A DNA stretch of 64,000 bases from an uncultured Lachnospiraceae bacterium (GCA_964489885.1 CAZAZX010000006.1:3617-67616), one strand, 5' to 3'; numbered from the stretch's first letter, positions 1-12,095 are shown. Notes: a model not told the origin generated them from the letters alone. Numbers and translations: made by a program.

Positions 1-2323
<2,323 letters not shown>

Positions 2324-2402
2324 ATTTTTATCCTCCGAATTAAATAATTATTATATAAATTGTAGAAAAAAACGATATAGCTTTTGCCATACCGTTTAAC
2401 TT

Positions 2403-2585
2403 TTATTCAGCTTTTTGAGCTACAACTTCTTTTCCATTATAGTGTCCACAGTTTGAACAAACTCTATGTTGTTGTACTGGTTCGTGACAATAATTACAAG
2501 TTGCTAAATTTTGATTTTCTAATTTCCATGTAGATCTTTTTGCTCCTGTTCTTGCTTTTGACCATCTTCTTTTTGGTTGTGCCAT
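2403..2585 (-). CDS. rpmF: 50S ribosomal protein L32
   Basis: MAQPKRRWSKARTGAKRSTWKL plus a C4 zinc ribbon. The true start is the internal ATG at 2583-2585, preceded by a GGAGG Shine-Dalgarno; the ORF-track N-terminal extension is spurious. Confidence 0.85.
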   Translation of the reverse strand: MAQPKRRWSKARTGAKRSTWKLENQNLATCNYCHEPVQQHRVCSNCGHYNGKEVVAQKAE

Positions 2586-2653
2586 TTCAATTCCCTCCTC
2601 GCGTATGCATTTATTTATCAAACACATTATTTACACACTTCATACTTGTACGA

Positions 2654-2681
2654 TTATACAAGTTTTTTTGTAATTTGTCAA
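2654..2681 (-). promoter_or_regulatory. Consensus sigma-A promoter for rpmF: TTGACA, 16-17 nt spacer, TATAAT. The -10 lies in the loop of the palindrome ACTTGTA..TACAAGT.
   Basis: The reverse complement of 2654-2681 reads TTGACAaattacaaaaaaacttgTATAAT. Confidence 0.55.
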
Positions 2682-2749
2682 TTAATTTAGTACATTTTTT
2701 CATAAATTTTGTGAACAGTAACGCATAAAATTATGTGTTGTATTATTTT

Positions 2750-4975
2750 CTAAAATTCGTTTAATAAACTATTCTTCAGTTTAAATTCCAAGCCTGTATT
2801 TCTTTGCCTTATATCCGCATTTTGAATCATATAACTAATTGTATCACTTCCACCAATTAAAATAAGGAGTTTTTTTGCACGAGTCAAACCAGTATAAAGT
2901 AAATTTCTTGTAAGCAATAATTGATAAGCTTTTGGGACAGCAATGATTACTACATCAAACTCACTTCCCTGTGATTTATGAATAGTAATCGCATACGCAT
3001 GTTCAATTTGTTCAAGTTCATTAAAACCATACCATACTGATTTTTCATCATCAAACAAAATTTTCATCTGTTTGCTCTCTTCATCAATTTTCTTTATAGT
3101 TCCAATTTCCCCATTAAATACTCCAACACCACTTTCATATTTATCTCCTAGCTTTTCCCAATAAATATCATAATTATTTTTTATTTGCATAATTCTGTCG
3201 CCTTCACGAAAAATTATTTCTCCATAATGTTTTTCTTTTTTATCTTTTGAAGAAGGATTCAATTGATTTTGTAAATTTTTATTAAGCTCCTTTGTTCCAA
3301 GTAAACCCTTTTTAGTTGGTGTAAGCACCTGAATATTAGAAAAGAAATCATAATTCCCATATTTTTTTAATCTTCCACTTGAAAGAGATAAAACTTGTTG
3401 CATTATTTTTTCTTGACTGTTTTCCATAATATAGAAAAAATCATCCATAACATCATCTGTTTTATCTTTTGCAGGTAAAAATGGCTCTCCATTATTAACT
3501 CTATGGGAATTGACAATAATTTGACTTTTTGCAGCCTGTCTAAAAATTTTATCAAGAGTTATTGTCGGAATTTTTTCAGAGGCAATAAGATCCTTTAAGA
3601 CTTTCCCTGGTCCAACTGATGGTAATTGATTCTCGTCTCCTACCATAACAAGTTTTGTTCCAAGATAAATTGCTTTAATAAGATAATTCATAATATATAT
3701 ATCTACCATAGACATCTCATCAATTATAATTACATCCGCATCTATTGGTGAAACTTCATATTCAACAGCATTCCTATCTTCCTCAATTTTTCCAATTTCA
3801 AGTAATCTATGTATAGTTTTTGCCTCTTCTCCTGTTGTTTCCTGCATTCTTTTTGCAGCTCTACCAGTTGGTGCACCAAGTACAACTTTATATCCGTGTG
3901 ACTTATATATATTTATAATGTTTTTAATAATTGTTGTTTTACCAGTACCTGGTCCGCCAGTAATAATAGAAACATTATTATCGTTTACAATTTTAATTGC
4001 TTCTTTTTGTTTTTCAGAAAATTTAATATGAGAAAATCTTTCTTGCAATTTCAATTCTTTATCTATATTTTTTATATATTTCGCATTTTTTGATTTTAAT
4101 AGTTCTAACAAGTGATCTGCCACATTTTCTTCGGCTTTAAATGTAGGATATAAATATACCCATTGCATTTCATCTTCCCTAGTTTCAAGTACAATTTGTT
4201 TTTTTACATTCAAGTTAATAATACATCTTTCGATGTCATCTTCCTCAACATGAATTAAGCTCTGTATAAAATTCATTAGATTTTGTTTTAAGACACAGGT
4301 ATGACCATTATATGAAGCAAGATTTATAGAATACTTAATAGCACTTTCAATCCTCTTGTCGCTATTTGCATTAACTCCAAGTTCCATAGCCATTTTATCT
4401 ATTTTTTTAAAATCAACTCCATAAGTAATATCAATTAATATGTATGGGTCATTTTCAATTTTAGAAATAGCATTTTCTCCCAATGCATCATATACTTTTT
4501 TACAATTTGAGTTACTTATTCCAAACTTTTCTAAAAAACCAACTATTTGCCAAAGTTCCCATTTTTCATTAAATTCTTGACAAATGTCTATTGCTTTTTG
4601 TTCTGATATTCCTTTGAGTCCTGCTAATCTATGAGGTTCATATTTTAGCACGTGCAAAGTTTCTTCACCAAAAGCATTCACAATTCTTTTAGCAATTGCA
4701 GGTCCAACACCTTTTACCACGCCACCTGACAAATATTTTTCAAGTCCGTCTAATGTTTCAGGCATACATTTTTCAAAAGTTTCTATTTTAAATTGTCTGC
4801 CATATTCCTGATGTACAACATAATTTCCAATAAGTTTTAAAGTATCTCCAGGATTAATAAAAGGAAGATATCCAACTGCAGTTATTTCTTCTTCATCAGT
4901 TATAAATGTACAGATTGTATAACCATTAATTTCATTTTGGTATATAAATTCATTAACCTGACCCTTAATCGTCAT
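2750..4975 (-). CDS. recD2: ATP-dependent RecD-like DNA helicase (RecD2/YrrC family)
   Basis: 741 aa with Walker A GGPGTGKTT, an N-terminal OB/HhH region, and SF1 helicase motifs (VLGAPTGRAAKRM, DEMSMVD, GDENQLPSVGPG). Confidence 0.85.
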   Translation of the reverse strand: MTIKGQVNEFIYQNEINGYTICTFITDEEEITAVGYLPFINPGDTLKLIGNYVVHQEYGRQFKIETFEKCMPETLDGLEKYLSGGVVKGVGPAIAKRIVNAFGEETLHVLKYEPHRLAGLKGISEQKAIDICQEFNEKWELWQIVGFLEKFGISNSNCKKVYDALGENAISKIENDPYILIDITYGVDFKKIDKMAMELGVNANSDKRIESAIKYSINLASYNGHTCVLKQNLMNFIQSLIHVEEDDIERCIINLNVKKQIVLETREDEMQWVYLYPTFKAEENVADHLLELLKSKNAKYIKNIDKELKLQERFSHIKFSEKQKEAIKIVNDNNVSIITGGPGTGKTTIIKNIINIYKSHGYKVVLGAPTGRAAKRMQETTGEEAKTIHRLLEIGKIEEDRNAVEYEVSPIDADVIIIDEMSMVDIYIMNYLIKAIYLGTKLVMVGDENQLPSVGPGKVLKDLIASEKIPTITLDKIFRQAAKSQIIVNSHRVNNGEPFLPAKDKTDDVMDDFFYIMENSQEKIMQQVLSLSSGRLKKYGNYDFFSNIQVLTPTKKGLLGTKELNKNLQNQLNPSSKDKKEKHYGEIIFREGDRIMQIKNNYDIYWEKLGDKYESGVGVFNGEIGTIKKIDEESKQMKILFDDEKSVWYGFNELEQIEHAYAITIHKSQGSEFDVVIIAVPKAYQLLLTRNLLYTGLTRAKKLLILIGGSDTISYMIQNADIRQRNTGLEFKLKNSLLNEF

Positions 4976-5079
4976 ATTTTAGCCTGCCTTCGCTTTATTT
5001 TTTTATCAATACTATCATAAAAGATTAGTAAAAACAAGCCCCAAAAGAGCATATACTTTTGGAGCTTATTCTTTTATTG

Positions 5080-5141
5080 CGAAAGCAACAAGGTTCTGGA
5101 ATACCCACTCACAGCTTTAGCTGTGCTGGTAGGTCAGGTCC
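5080..5141 (-). repeat. Copy 1 of a conserved GC-rich ~60-nt element, followed by intrinsic terminator 5038-5065
   Basis: Transcribed-strand sequence: ggacctgacctaCCAGCACAGCTAAAGCTGTGagtgggtattccagaaCCTTGTTGctttcgc. It is ~75% identical to the elements at 52981-53040 and 24399-24462. Confidence 0.5.
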
Positions 5142-5312
5142 TTATTCCTCGTCCTCAGTATTTGCTTCGTAGCTGCCACACATAGATTCATCTTCTTTTG
5201 CAGATGAACAATTTGGACAAGGTTCAACAGTTATCTCCTCAAGTGCACATTTTTCCTTTGTGTTATAAATACAGCTTTTTACATTACAATTAATTTTTTG
5301 TTTAGATTCCAT
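5142..5312 (-). CDS. DUF1540-like small cysteine-rich protein (56 aa). It is below the ORF-track size cutoff.
   Basis: Minus-strand ORF: MESKQKINCNVKSCIYNTKEKCALEEITVEPCPNCSSAKEDESMCGSYEANTEDEE. The CxxxxC...C pattern is typical of clostridial/Bacillus DUF1540 proteins. Confidence 0.55.
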   Translation of the reverse strand: MESKQKINCNVKSCIYNTKEKCALEEITVEPCPNCSSAKEDESMCGSYEANTEDEE

Positions 5313-5470
5313 TTTACAATCATTCCTTTCAAAAATAGCATTACTATTCAGATCATATAAACTTCTTACCCGAATAATATTACTAAAAAATCTGAATAGT
5401 AATCAATTTTATTATGTATTGTTTTAATAAATTTATTCGCTTTTTAGAATGCTATTTCGTCGATTTTATG

Positions 5471-5499
5471 TTGACTATTTTGCCATTTTAGTGTAAAAT
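5471..5499 (+). promoter_or_regulatory. Sigma-A promoter for the RND permease gene (TTGACT-17-TAAAAT)
   Basis: ttgact attttgccattttagtg taaaat, ~50 nt upstream of the start codon. Confidence 0.45.
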
Positions 5500-5550
5500 T
5501 TTATTGATTATGCAATAAAATTTTTATGCAAAGGGAAGGATATATAATAT

Positions 5551-8500
5551 ATGTTATCAAAGTTTAGTGTTAATAAACCATATACCGTAATGGTTGGAGT
5601 TATTATAATTATTGTTTTAGGAATTATCTCTTTTATGTCTATGTCTACTGACCTTTTCCCAAAAATGGATTTACCTTATGCAGTAATTATGACAACTGAT
5701 GTTGGTGCAAGTCCAGAAAAAATTGAGATGAATGTTACAAAACCTATTGAACAAGCTGTTTCAACAGTTAGTAATGTAAAAAACGTTAGTTCTACATCTT
5801 CTGAAAACTCTTCAATGGTAATAATTGAATTTTCTCAAGATGTTAATATGGATTCTGCATTAATCGAATTGAATAGTAGATTAGATTTAATTAAAAGCTC
5901 TCTACCTGAAGAAGCATCTGCTCCTACAATTTTAAAACTTAATCCTAATATGATTCCTGTTTTTGTTTCTGCAATTGATATTAATAATACATCTACTAAA
6001 GATGTAAGTACTACGGTGTCAGATGAGATTTTACCAAAACTTGAAAAAATAAATGGGGTTGCATCTGTTTCATCAAGTGGTATTGTTGAAGAAAACGTAA
6101 AAATAGCATTAAACCAAAACAAAATTGATAGTATTAATAATAAAGTTTTAGAAAATGTTGATGCTAATCTTTCTAAGACTCAACAAGATTTAAAAAATGC
6201 TCAAGAACAGCTTGAAAAAGGAAAAACTGAATTTGAAAAGCAATCTAAAGATCAAACTAAAAAAATAGTCGATGGTGAAACAGCAATTGAAGATGGTCTA
6301 AAACAGCTTGAAAAAGCACAATCTGAACTTGAATCTAAAGAAGAACAATTAACAACAGCCAAAAAACTTTTAGATGAATCAATTTCAAAAATTAATGAGC
6401 AGGAAACCAATCTTAAAAATAGAATGAAAGAACTTTCAAATAAGGAAAATGTAACCGATATAGAAAAAGCTCTTATTTCTCAATCAAATTCAGCATTAGA
6501 AGGGTTACAAACAGCAAAAAGTACTGCAAATAAAAGACTTAATGAGATAAACTCTGGTCTAGAGCAACTTTCAACTAGCAAAAAACAACTAAATTCAAAA
6601 AAAGTTGAACTTGAAAGTCAAAAAAAGCAGATAGAAATTGCAAAAATAACTCTTTCTACGCAATTGAGCACTGCTTCTACAAATTTAAATTCAAGCCAAG
6701 CTGAACTTGAAAAGGGGCAAAAAGAATTTGAAAGTGCTCGTGATGAAGCATACAAAAATGCATCTATTGAGGGGATTATAACCCAAAGTATGATTTCTAA
6801 TATTTTAAAAGCAAACAATTTTGAAATGCCTGCTGGAACTTTATCAACTGGTAATGATAAAATCAGTGTTAAAGTTGGAGAAAAATTTTCAAGCATTGAT
6901 GATATTAAAAATCTAACTTTATTTTCATTTAATATTGACGGACTTGAAAATGTTACCTTAGATCAATTAGCTGATATCACTTTTAGTGATAATTCAGATG
7001 ATATATATGCCAAAGTTAATGGAAATAATGCAATTCTTTTATCTTTTCAAAAGCAAAGTACAGCATCCACAACTGACGTTTCTAAAAATATAAAAGAAAC
7101 TTTTGAAGAAATAGAAAAAGAAAATCCAAATGTTCATTTTACAACACTAATGGATCAAGGTGTTTATATTGATATTGTTATTGGCTCTGTTTTAGAAAAC
7201 TTATTATATGGCGGTACTTTAGCAGTTCTAATTTTACTTATATTTTTAAGAGATATAAAGCCTACAATTATTATTGCACTTTCTATACCTATAAGTTTAA
7301 CTTTTGCAATTGCTTTAATGTACTTTACTGGTGTTTCAATAAATATTATTTCTCTTTCTGGTTTAGCTCTTGGAGTTGGAATGCTAGTTGATAATTCTAT
7401 TGTTGTTATTGAAAACATATATCGTTTGCGAAGCAATGGCATTTCAGTAAAAGATGCTTCTATTGAAGGTGCAAAATCGGTATCTGGAGCTATTTTTGCC
7501 TCTACCCTAACTACTATTTCTGTATTTTTGCCAATAGTATTTACTCAAGGTCTTACAAAACAGCTATTCCAAGATATGGGACTTACAATTGCTTATTCAC
7601 TGTTAGCAAGTCTATTTGTTGCTTTAACATTAGTTCCTGCTATGGCATCAACAGTGTTCAAAAATACTACTGAGAAAGAACATAAATTTTTTAATGCTTT
7701 TTCAAATCTATATGAAAAAATTTTGAGAATAGCCTTAAAATTCAAACCTATAGTTTTAATTTTATCAATTGTTATCTTAGTACTAAGTGGTGTATGGGCA
7801 ACAAGATTAGGAACTGAATTTATACCTGAAGCAGAAAGTACACAAATGTCTTTAACCCTTACTAACCCTAAAGATTCTACTTTCGATGATTTAAAAAATA
7901 ATTCAAATGAAGTTATAAATAGATTGTTAACTATTGATGATATTGAAACAATTGGTGCAATAGAAAGTTCTTCTGCAAGTATAATGTCAATGTCCGCAAC
8001 TGGTAAAACATCAACAAATATGTATTTGATTTTAAAAGAAAATAAGAAATTAACTAATATAGAAATTAAAGATAAAATAGTAGAACTAACAAAGGATTTA
8101 GATTGCGAAATTGATGTTACAACATCTAATATGAATATATCTTCTATAGCAGGTTCTGGATTGCAAGTTACAATAAAAGGAAATGATCTTTCCAAACTTC
8201 AATCTACAGCAAATGAAATTGCTGATTTAATGAAAGAAACCGAAGGTTTAACTGAAATTGATAATGGAATTGCTGATACGGATAAAGAATTAAAAATTAT
8301 AGTAGATAAAAATAAAGCAATGAAATATAGCCTAACTGTTGCAAGCATTTATCAAAAAGTTGCAGAAGAAATTACTAATGAAAAAACAGCTACTGAACTT
8401 TCATTAGATTCTAAAGATTATCCTGTAGTTGTAGTTAAATCCATTAAAAATACTATTACAGAAGATACTATTAATAATATTGAATTAGATGGAAAAGAAA

Positions 8501-9225
8501 ATAATACTGATATAAAGGTTAAATTATCTGATATTGCAACTATTGATAAAACAGATACACTTTCTTCTATCTCTCATCAAAATAATCAAAGATATATTAC
8601 AGTAAGTGCTAATGTTGATTCATCACATAATATCGGCTTGGTTAGTCAAGAATTTCAAAAGAAATTAGATAATTATAATCTTCCTGCTGGATTTACAGCT
8701 GAAATTGAAGGCGAAACTGAAACTATAAATAATACATTAAAAGATTTAGTAAAAATGATTTTACTTGCTGTATTATTTATCTATTTAATTATGGTTGCAC
8801 AGTTCCAATCACTTCTTTCACCATTTATTATAATGTTTACAATACCCCTTGCTTTTACAGGTGGATTGCTCGCTCTTGGAATCACAGGAACTCCAATCAG
8901 CATTATAGCAATGCTTGGATTTTTAGTTTTATCTGGAATTGTTGTAAACAATGGAATTGTATTAATAGATTATATAAATCAACTGCGTGATAAGGGAATG
9001 TCAAAAAATGAAGCTATTATAGAAGCTGGAAAAACAAGACTTCGCCCTATATTAATGACAGCATTAACAACAATATTAGGTTTATTTACTTTAGCATTAG
9101 GCATAGGTTCAGGAGCTGAAATGCTGCAACCTCTTGGAATAGTTACAATTGGTGGTTTAACCTATGCAACGCTTTTAACATTACTCGTTGTCCCTTGTAT
9201 GTATGATATGGTAAATAGAAAATAA
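5551..9225 (+). CDS. RND (HAE1-like, AcrB-fold) efflux transporter permease with a ~230-aa coiled-coil insertion in the first extracytoplasmic loop
   Basis: 1224 aa. The N-terminus MLSKFSVNKPYTVMVGVIIIIVLG matches the AcrB N-terminus and the protein has 12 TM segments in two bundles. Residues ~190-420 are heptad-rich (LSKTQQDLKNAQEQLEKGKTEFEKQ...). Confidence 0.8.
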   Translation: MLSKFSVNKPYTVMVGVIIIIVLGIISFMSMSTDLFPKMDLPYAVIMTTDVGASPEKIEMNVTKPIEQAVSTVSNVKNVSSTSSENSSMVIIEFSQDVNMDSALIELNSRLDLIKSSLPEEASAPTILKLNPNMIPVFVSAIDINNTSTKDVSTTVSDEILPKLEKINGVASVSSSGIVEENVKIALNQNKIDSINNKVLENVDANLSKTQQDLKNAQEQLEKGKTEFEKQSKDQTKKIVDGETAIEDGLKQLEKAQSELESKEEQLTTAKKLLDESISKINEQETNLKNRMKELSNKENVTDIEKALISQSNSALEGLQTAKSTANKRLNEINSGLEQLSTSKKQLNSKKVELESQKKQIEIAKITLSTQLSTASTNLNSSQAELEKGQKEFESARDEAYKNASIEGIITQSMISNILKANNFEMPAGTLSTGNDKISVKVGEKFSSIDDIKNLTLFSFNIDGLENVTLDQLADITFSDNSDDIYAKVNGNNAILLSFQKQSTASTTDVSKNIKETFEEIEKENPNVHFTTLMDQGVYIDIVIGSVLENLLYGGTLAVLILLIFLRDIKPTIIIALSIPISLTFAIALMYFTGVSINIISLSGLALGVGMLVDNSIVVIENIYRLRSNGISVKDASIEGAKSVSGAIFASTLTTISVFLPIVFTQGLTKQLFQDMGLTIAYSLLASLFVALTLVPAMASTVFKNTTEKEHKFFNAFSNLYEKILRIALKFKPIVLILSIVILVLSGVWATRLGTEFIPEAESTQMSLTLTNPKDSTFDDLKNNSNEVINRLLTIDDIETIGAIESSSASIMSMSATGKTSTNMYLILKENKKLTNIEIKDKIVELTKDLDCEIDVTTSNMNISSIAGSGLQVTIKGNDLSKLQSTANEIADLMKETEGLTEIDNGIADTDKELKIIVDKNKAMKYSLTVASIYQKVAEEITNEKTATELSLDSKDYPVVVVKSIKNTITEDTINNIELDGKENNTDIKVKLSDIATIDKTDTLSSISHQNNQRYITVSANVDSSHNIGLVSQEFQKKLDNYNLPAGFTAEIEGETETINNTLKDLVKMILLAVLFIYLIMVAQFQSLLSPFIIMFTIPLAFTGGLLALGITGTPISIIAMLGFLVLSGIVVNNGIVLIDYINQLRDKGMSKNEAIIEAGKTRLRPILMTALTTILGLFTLALGIGSGAEMLQPLGIVTIGGLTYATLLTLLVVPCMYDMVNRK

Positions 9226-9239
9226 TTAAGCATTAGAAA

Positions 9240-9268
9240 GGCCCCAACAATTGTTGGAGCCTTTTTTT
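9240..9268 (+). terminator. Intrinsic terminator after the RND gene (GGCCCCAACAATTGTTGGAGCC + T7)
   Basis: GC-rich hairpin followed by TTTTTTT. Confidence 0.7.
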
Positions 9269-9291
9269 GATGTTGCAGGCATTCACTCCTC

Positions 9292-9993
9292 TCAGAAGAA
9301 TACCATTTGACCATTGGAGCCTCTGAACTGAAGTTCAGAACCAACTACTTGTTTCGAACCTGCAAGTGCCTGCTTTGCTGCCTCTTTGCATGACTCTGGC
9401 ACATCCTCAGAATGGATGATTTTGTTCTCACCATTCCTGATTGTGCCATCGGCCTTTACCGGATCAAATTGACCTGGAGCAAAGATTACATGGTGGATAG
9501 AACCACCATAGTAATCATCCAAGGCACGTTGTACCACTGTTTCAGCCACGCCAAGCTGATCGTGGAATGGTTGACCGCCAGCCTCGCAATAAATCAATGA
9601 GACAAACTCATCAATTTCCTGCGCCGAAATCGGAACAACAGTGTTTCCACTGATGTTTGCGGTCGTTTCCGCTTGTCTTGCAGCTTCCGCAGCAGCTGCA
9701 GCCTCAGCTTCTCTTTCCCTAACAATGGCTTCAGATACTTTGGAGTCCATTTGTTCTTGCAGAACGATATGGGCATCCCAATCCTCTTGCCATTTTGCTT
9801 CCGCCGCCAAAGCTTGTGCTTCAGCCTGAATACGAGCATCACGTTCTAAGACAACACTTTCTGCAAAGAAAGAAATTGCAAACGTAAATACAAACAACGT
9901 AGAGATGATTGTCGCTGAGCGAGCTGTAAGGAGCTCAAGAATCGTTAGTTCGGCTACTTTGGTCGCATTACTGTTACCCACCACTAACATCAA
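9292..9993 (-). CDS. SleB/CwlJ-family cell-wall hydrolase (Hydrolase_2 domain) with an N-terminal TM anchor and an Ala-rich coiled region. GC is ~50% against a ~28% background.
   Basis: Hydrolase_2 motifs (LIYCEAGGQPFHDQLGVAETVVQRALD...GQFDP). The strong GC skew relative to the flanks also produces several spurious overlapping ORFs in the track. Confidence 0.65.
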   Translation of the reverse strand: MMLVVGNSNATKVAELTILELLTARSATIISTLFVFTFAISFFAESVVLERDARIQAEAQALAAEAKWQEDWDAHIVLQEQMDSKVSEAIVREREAEAAAAAEAARQAETTANISGNTVVPISAQEIDEFVSLIYCEAGGQPFHDQLGVAETVVQRALDDYYGGSIHHVIFAPGQFDPVKADGTIRNGENKIIHSEDVPESCKEAAKQALAGSKQVVGSELQFRGSNGQMVFF

Positions 9994-10239
9994 ATTCCCC
10001 CTTTAAAATTGAAAGACAACATATATGTTAACACCATTTAAGGTGGAATTTTATAGCTTTTATAGTTAATAGAAAATGTATTAACTAAGCTATAAATTAA
10101 AAAATAAATAAACTTTTTGTAATTTTATTATACCACTTTTGTATAAAATTTCAAGGATTTTTAATAGATATTTTGCATTTTGCCAAAGTTTTTTCATACT
10201 TTTTATTTTATTGAATAATATATTTTTAGGAGGTTTATT

Positions 10240-12091
10240 ATGTGCGGTATTACTGGATTTGTTAACCATACAAAAGATATTTCGTCATATAAAAATGTAC
10301 TAAATAATATGACTGATGAAATTATTAAAAGAGGTCCTGATGAAACAGGAATATACTTAGAAAAACACGTTGCTTTAGGTCACAGAAGACTTGTTGTTAT
10401 TGATTTAGAAAATGGTAAACAGCCAATGCAAGCTATACACAATGAAAATACTTACACTATAGTTTACAATGGTCAAATATATAATGCTAATGAGATTAGA
10501 AAAGACTTATTATCTGCTGGTTTTAGTTTTGATGGTCATTGTGATACTGAAGTATTATTAAAAGCCTATATTCACTATGGTTCATCAGTACTTTCTAAAG
10601 TAAATGGTATATTTGCTTTTGCAATTTGGGATACAAATAAGCAAGAATTATTTTTGGCAAGAGACCATTTCGGTATAAAACCACTTTATTACAGTATTGT
10701 AGATAATACTCTTATTTTTTCATCTGAAGTAAAATCTATATTAAAGCATCCATTAGTTGAAGCCAAAATTGACAATAACGGATTGTGTGAACTATTTGGT
10801 CTTGGCCCTGCCCACTCTCCTGGAAATACTGTATTTAAAAACATTTATGAGTTAAAACCTGCTCATTTTGCTTTTTTCAATTCATCAGGTCTGCATATAA
10901 ATAAATATTGGGAGCTTGAAAGCAAAGTTCATTTGGACGGTTTTTCAAAAACTTGCGAACATATTAAGTATTTGCTTGAAGATTCTATACATCGTCAATT
11001 AGTTTCCGATGTTCCACTATGTACTATGCTTTCAGGTGGCCTTGATTCAAGTATCATAACAAAATTTGCAAGTGATTATTATAAAAAGCACAATATGCAG
11101 TTAAATACGTATTCTGTCGATTATGTAGATAATGATAAAAATTTCGTAAAAAGTGATTTTCAGCCTAATTCTGATAAACACTATATTGATATAATGATAA
11201 AAGAGTGTGATACAAACCATCATAATATTGTTATAGATACCCCAGAACTTGCTGATGAATTAGAAGATGCAATGATTGCAAGAGATTTTCCTCGGTATGG
11301 CAGATGTAGATTCTTCCTTTCTTCTATTTTGTAAACACATAAAAAAAGATGCTAAAGTTGCAATTTCTGGAGAGTGTTCTGATGAAATTTTCGGTGGATA
11401 TCCATGGTTTTTTAGAGAAGATGCCCTAAAAAGCAATACTTTTCCTTGGTCTATTGCTATTTCGGAAAGACAGAATCTTTTAAATCCTGAAATTTCAAAA
11501 AAAATTAATTTAAAAGAATATATAGACTTTAAATATAATGAAAGCTTAAGTGAAGTTAAGATATTAGATTCTGATAGTGCACAGACTGCTGAAAAAAGAA
11601 AGATATTTTATTTGAATTTAAACTGGTTTATGCAAACACTTTTAGATCGTTCAGACAAAATGGGAATGTTCAATGGTTTAGAAATACGTGTTCCTTTTTG
11701 TGATTATCGTCTTGTTCAATATGTATGGAATATTCCTTGGGAAATGAAAGCATTAAATGGTAGAGAAAAAGGCTTACTTAGATATATTATGAAAGATTAC
11801 TTGCCTGATGAAATAGTTTATCGTAAAAAAAGCCCTTATCCTAAAACTCATAATCCAACATATCTTGCTAAGTTAAAAAATATGTTTCAAACAAAGGTTT
11901 TGGAGAATCCAAATGCACCTATTTTTGACTTACTAGATAAAAATTATATTGAAGAAATAATAAAAACAGATGGAAGAGCTTTTACACGACCATGGTTTGG
12001 TCAGTTAATGACAGGACCTCAATTAATAGCCTATCTTCTTCAATTGAATATGTGGCTTGACAAATATAAACCAACAATTGAAGTACAGTAA
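10240..12091 (+). CDS. asnB: Asparagine synthase (glutamine-hydrolysing), split into two overlapping ORFs (10240-11334 and 11276-12091) by a frameshift near 11290-11300
   Basis: N-terminal MCGITGF (class II glutamine amidotransferase) and C-terminal SGECSDEIFGGYPWF synthetase domain. Deleting one C in cctCggtatggcagat restores ...ARDFPGMADVDSS... Confidence 0.8.
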
Positions 12092-12095
12092 ATCA

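Noticed and set aside
5080-5141. The dispersed element as a known riboswitch, tRNA or tmRNA fragment
   Set aside because: I could not align it to any riboswitch consensus I could recall (c-di-GMP, preQ1, fluoride, guanidine, ZTP, SAM classes) or to a tRNA cloverleaf. Its placement after stop codons argues against a 5' regulatory role.
5835-8195. Antisense ORFs of 92-200 aa inside the RND gene
   Set aside because: Low-complexity antisense frames of an AT-rich gene, with no Shine-Dalgarno or start context; the sense strand has a full-length AcrB-like match.
9412-9842. Three extra ORFs (9412-9600 +, 9641-9829 +, 9594-9842 -) overlapping the SleB-like gene
   Set aside because: They are spurious products of the GC-rich, Ala-codon-rich stretch (GCAGCAGCTGCAGCC…) and are fully contained within a well-supported hydrolase gene.
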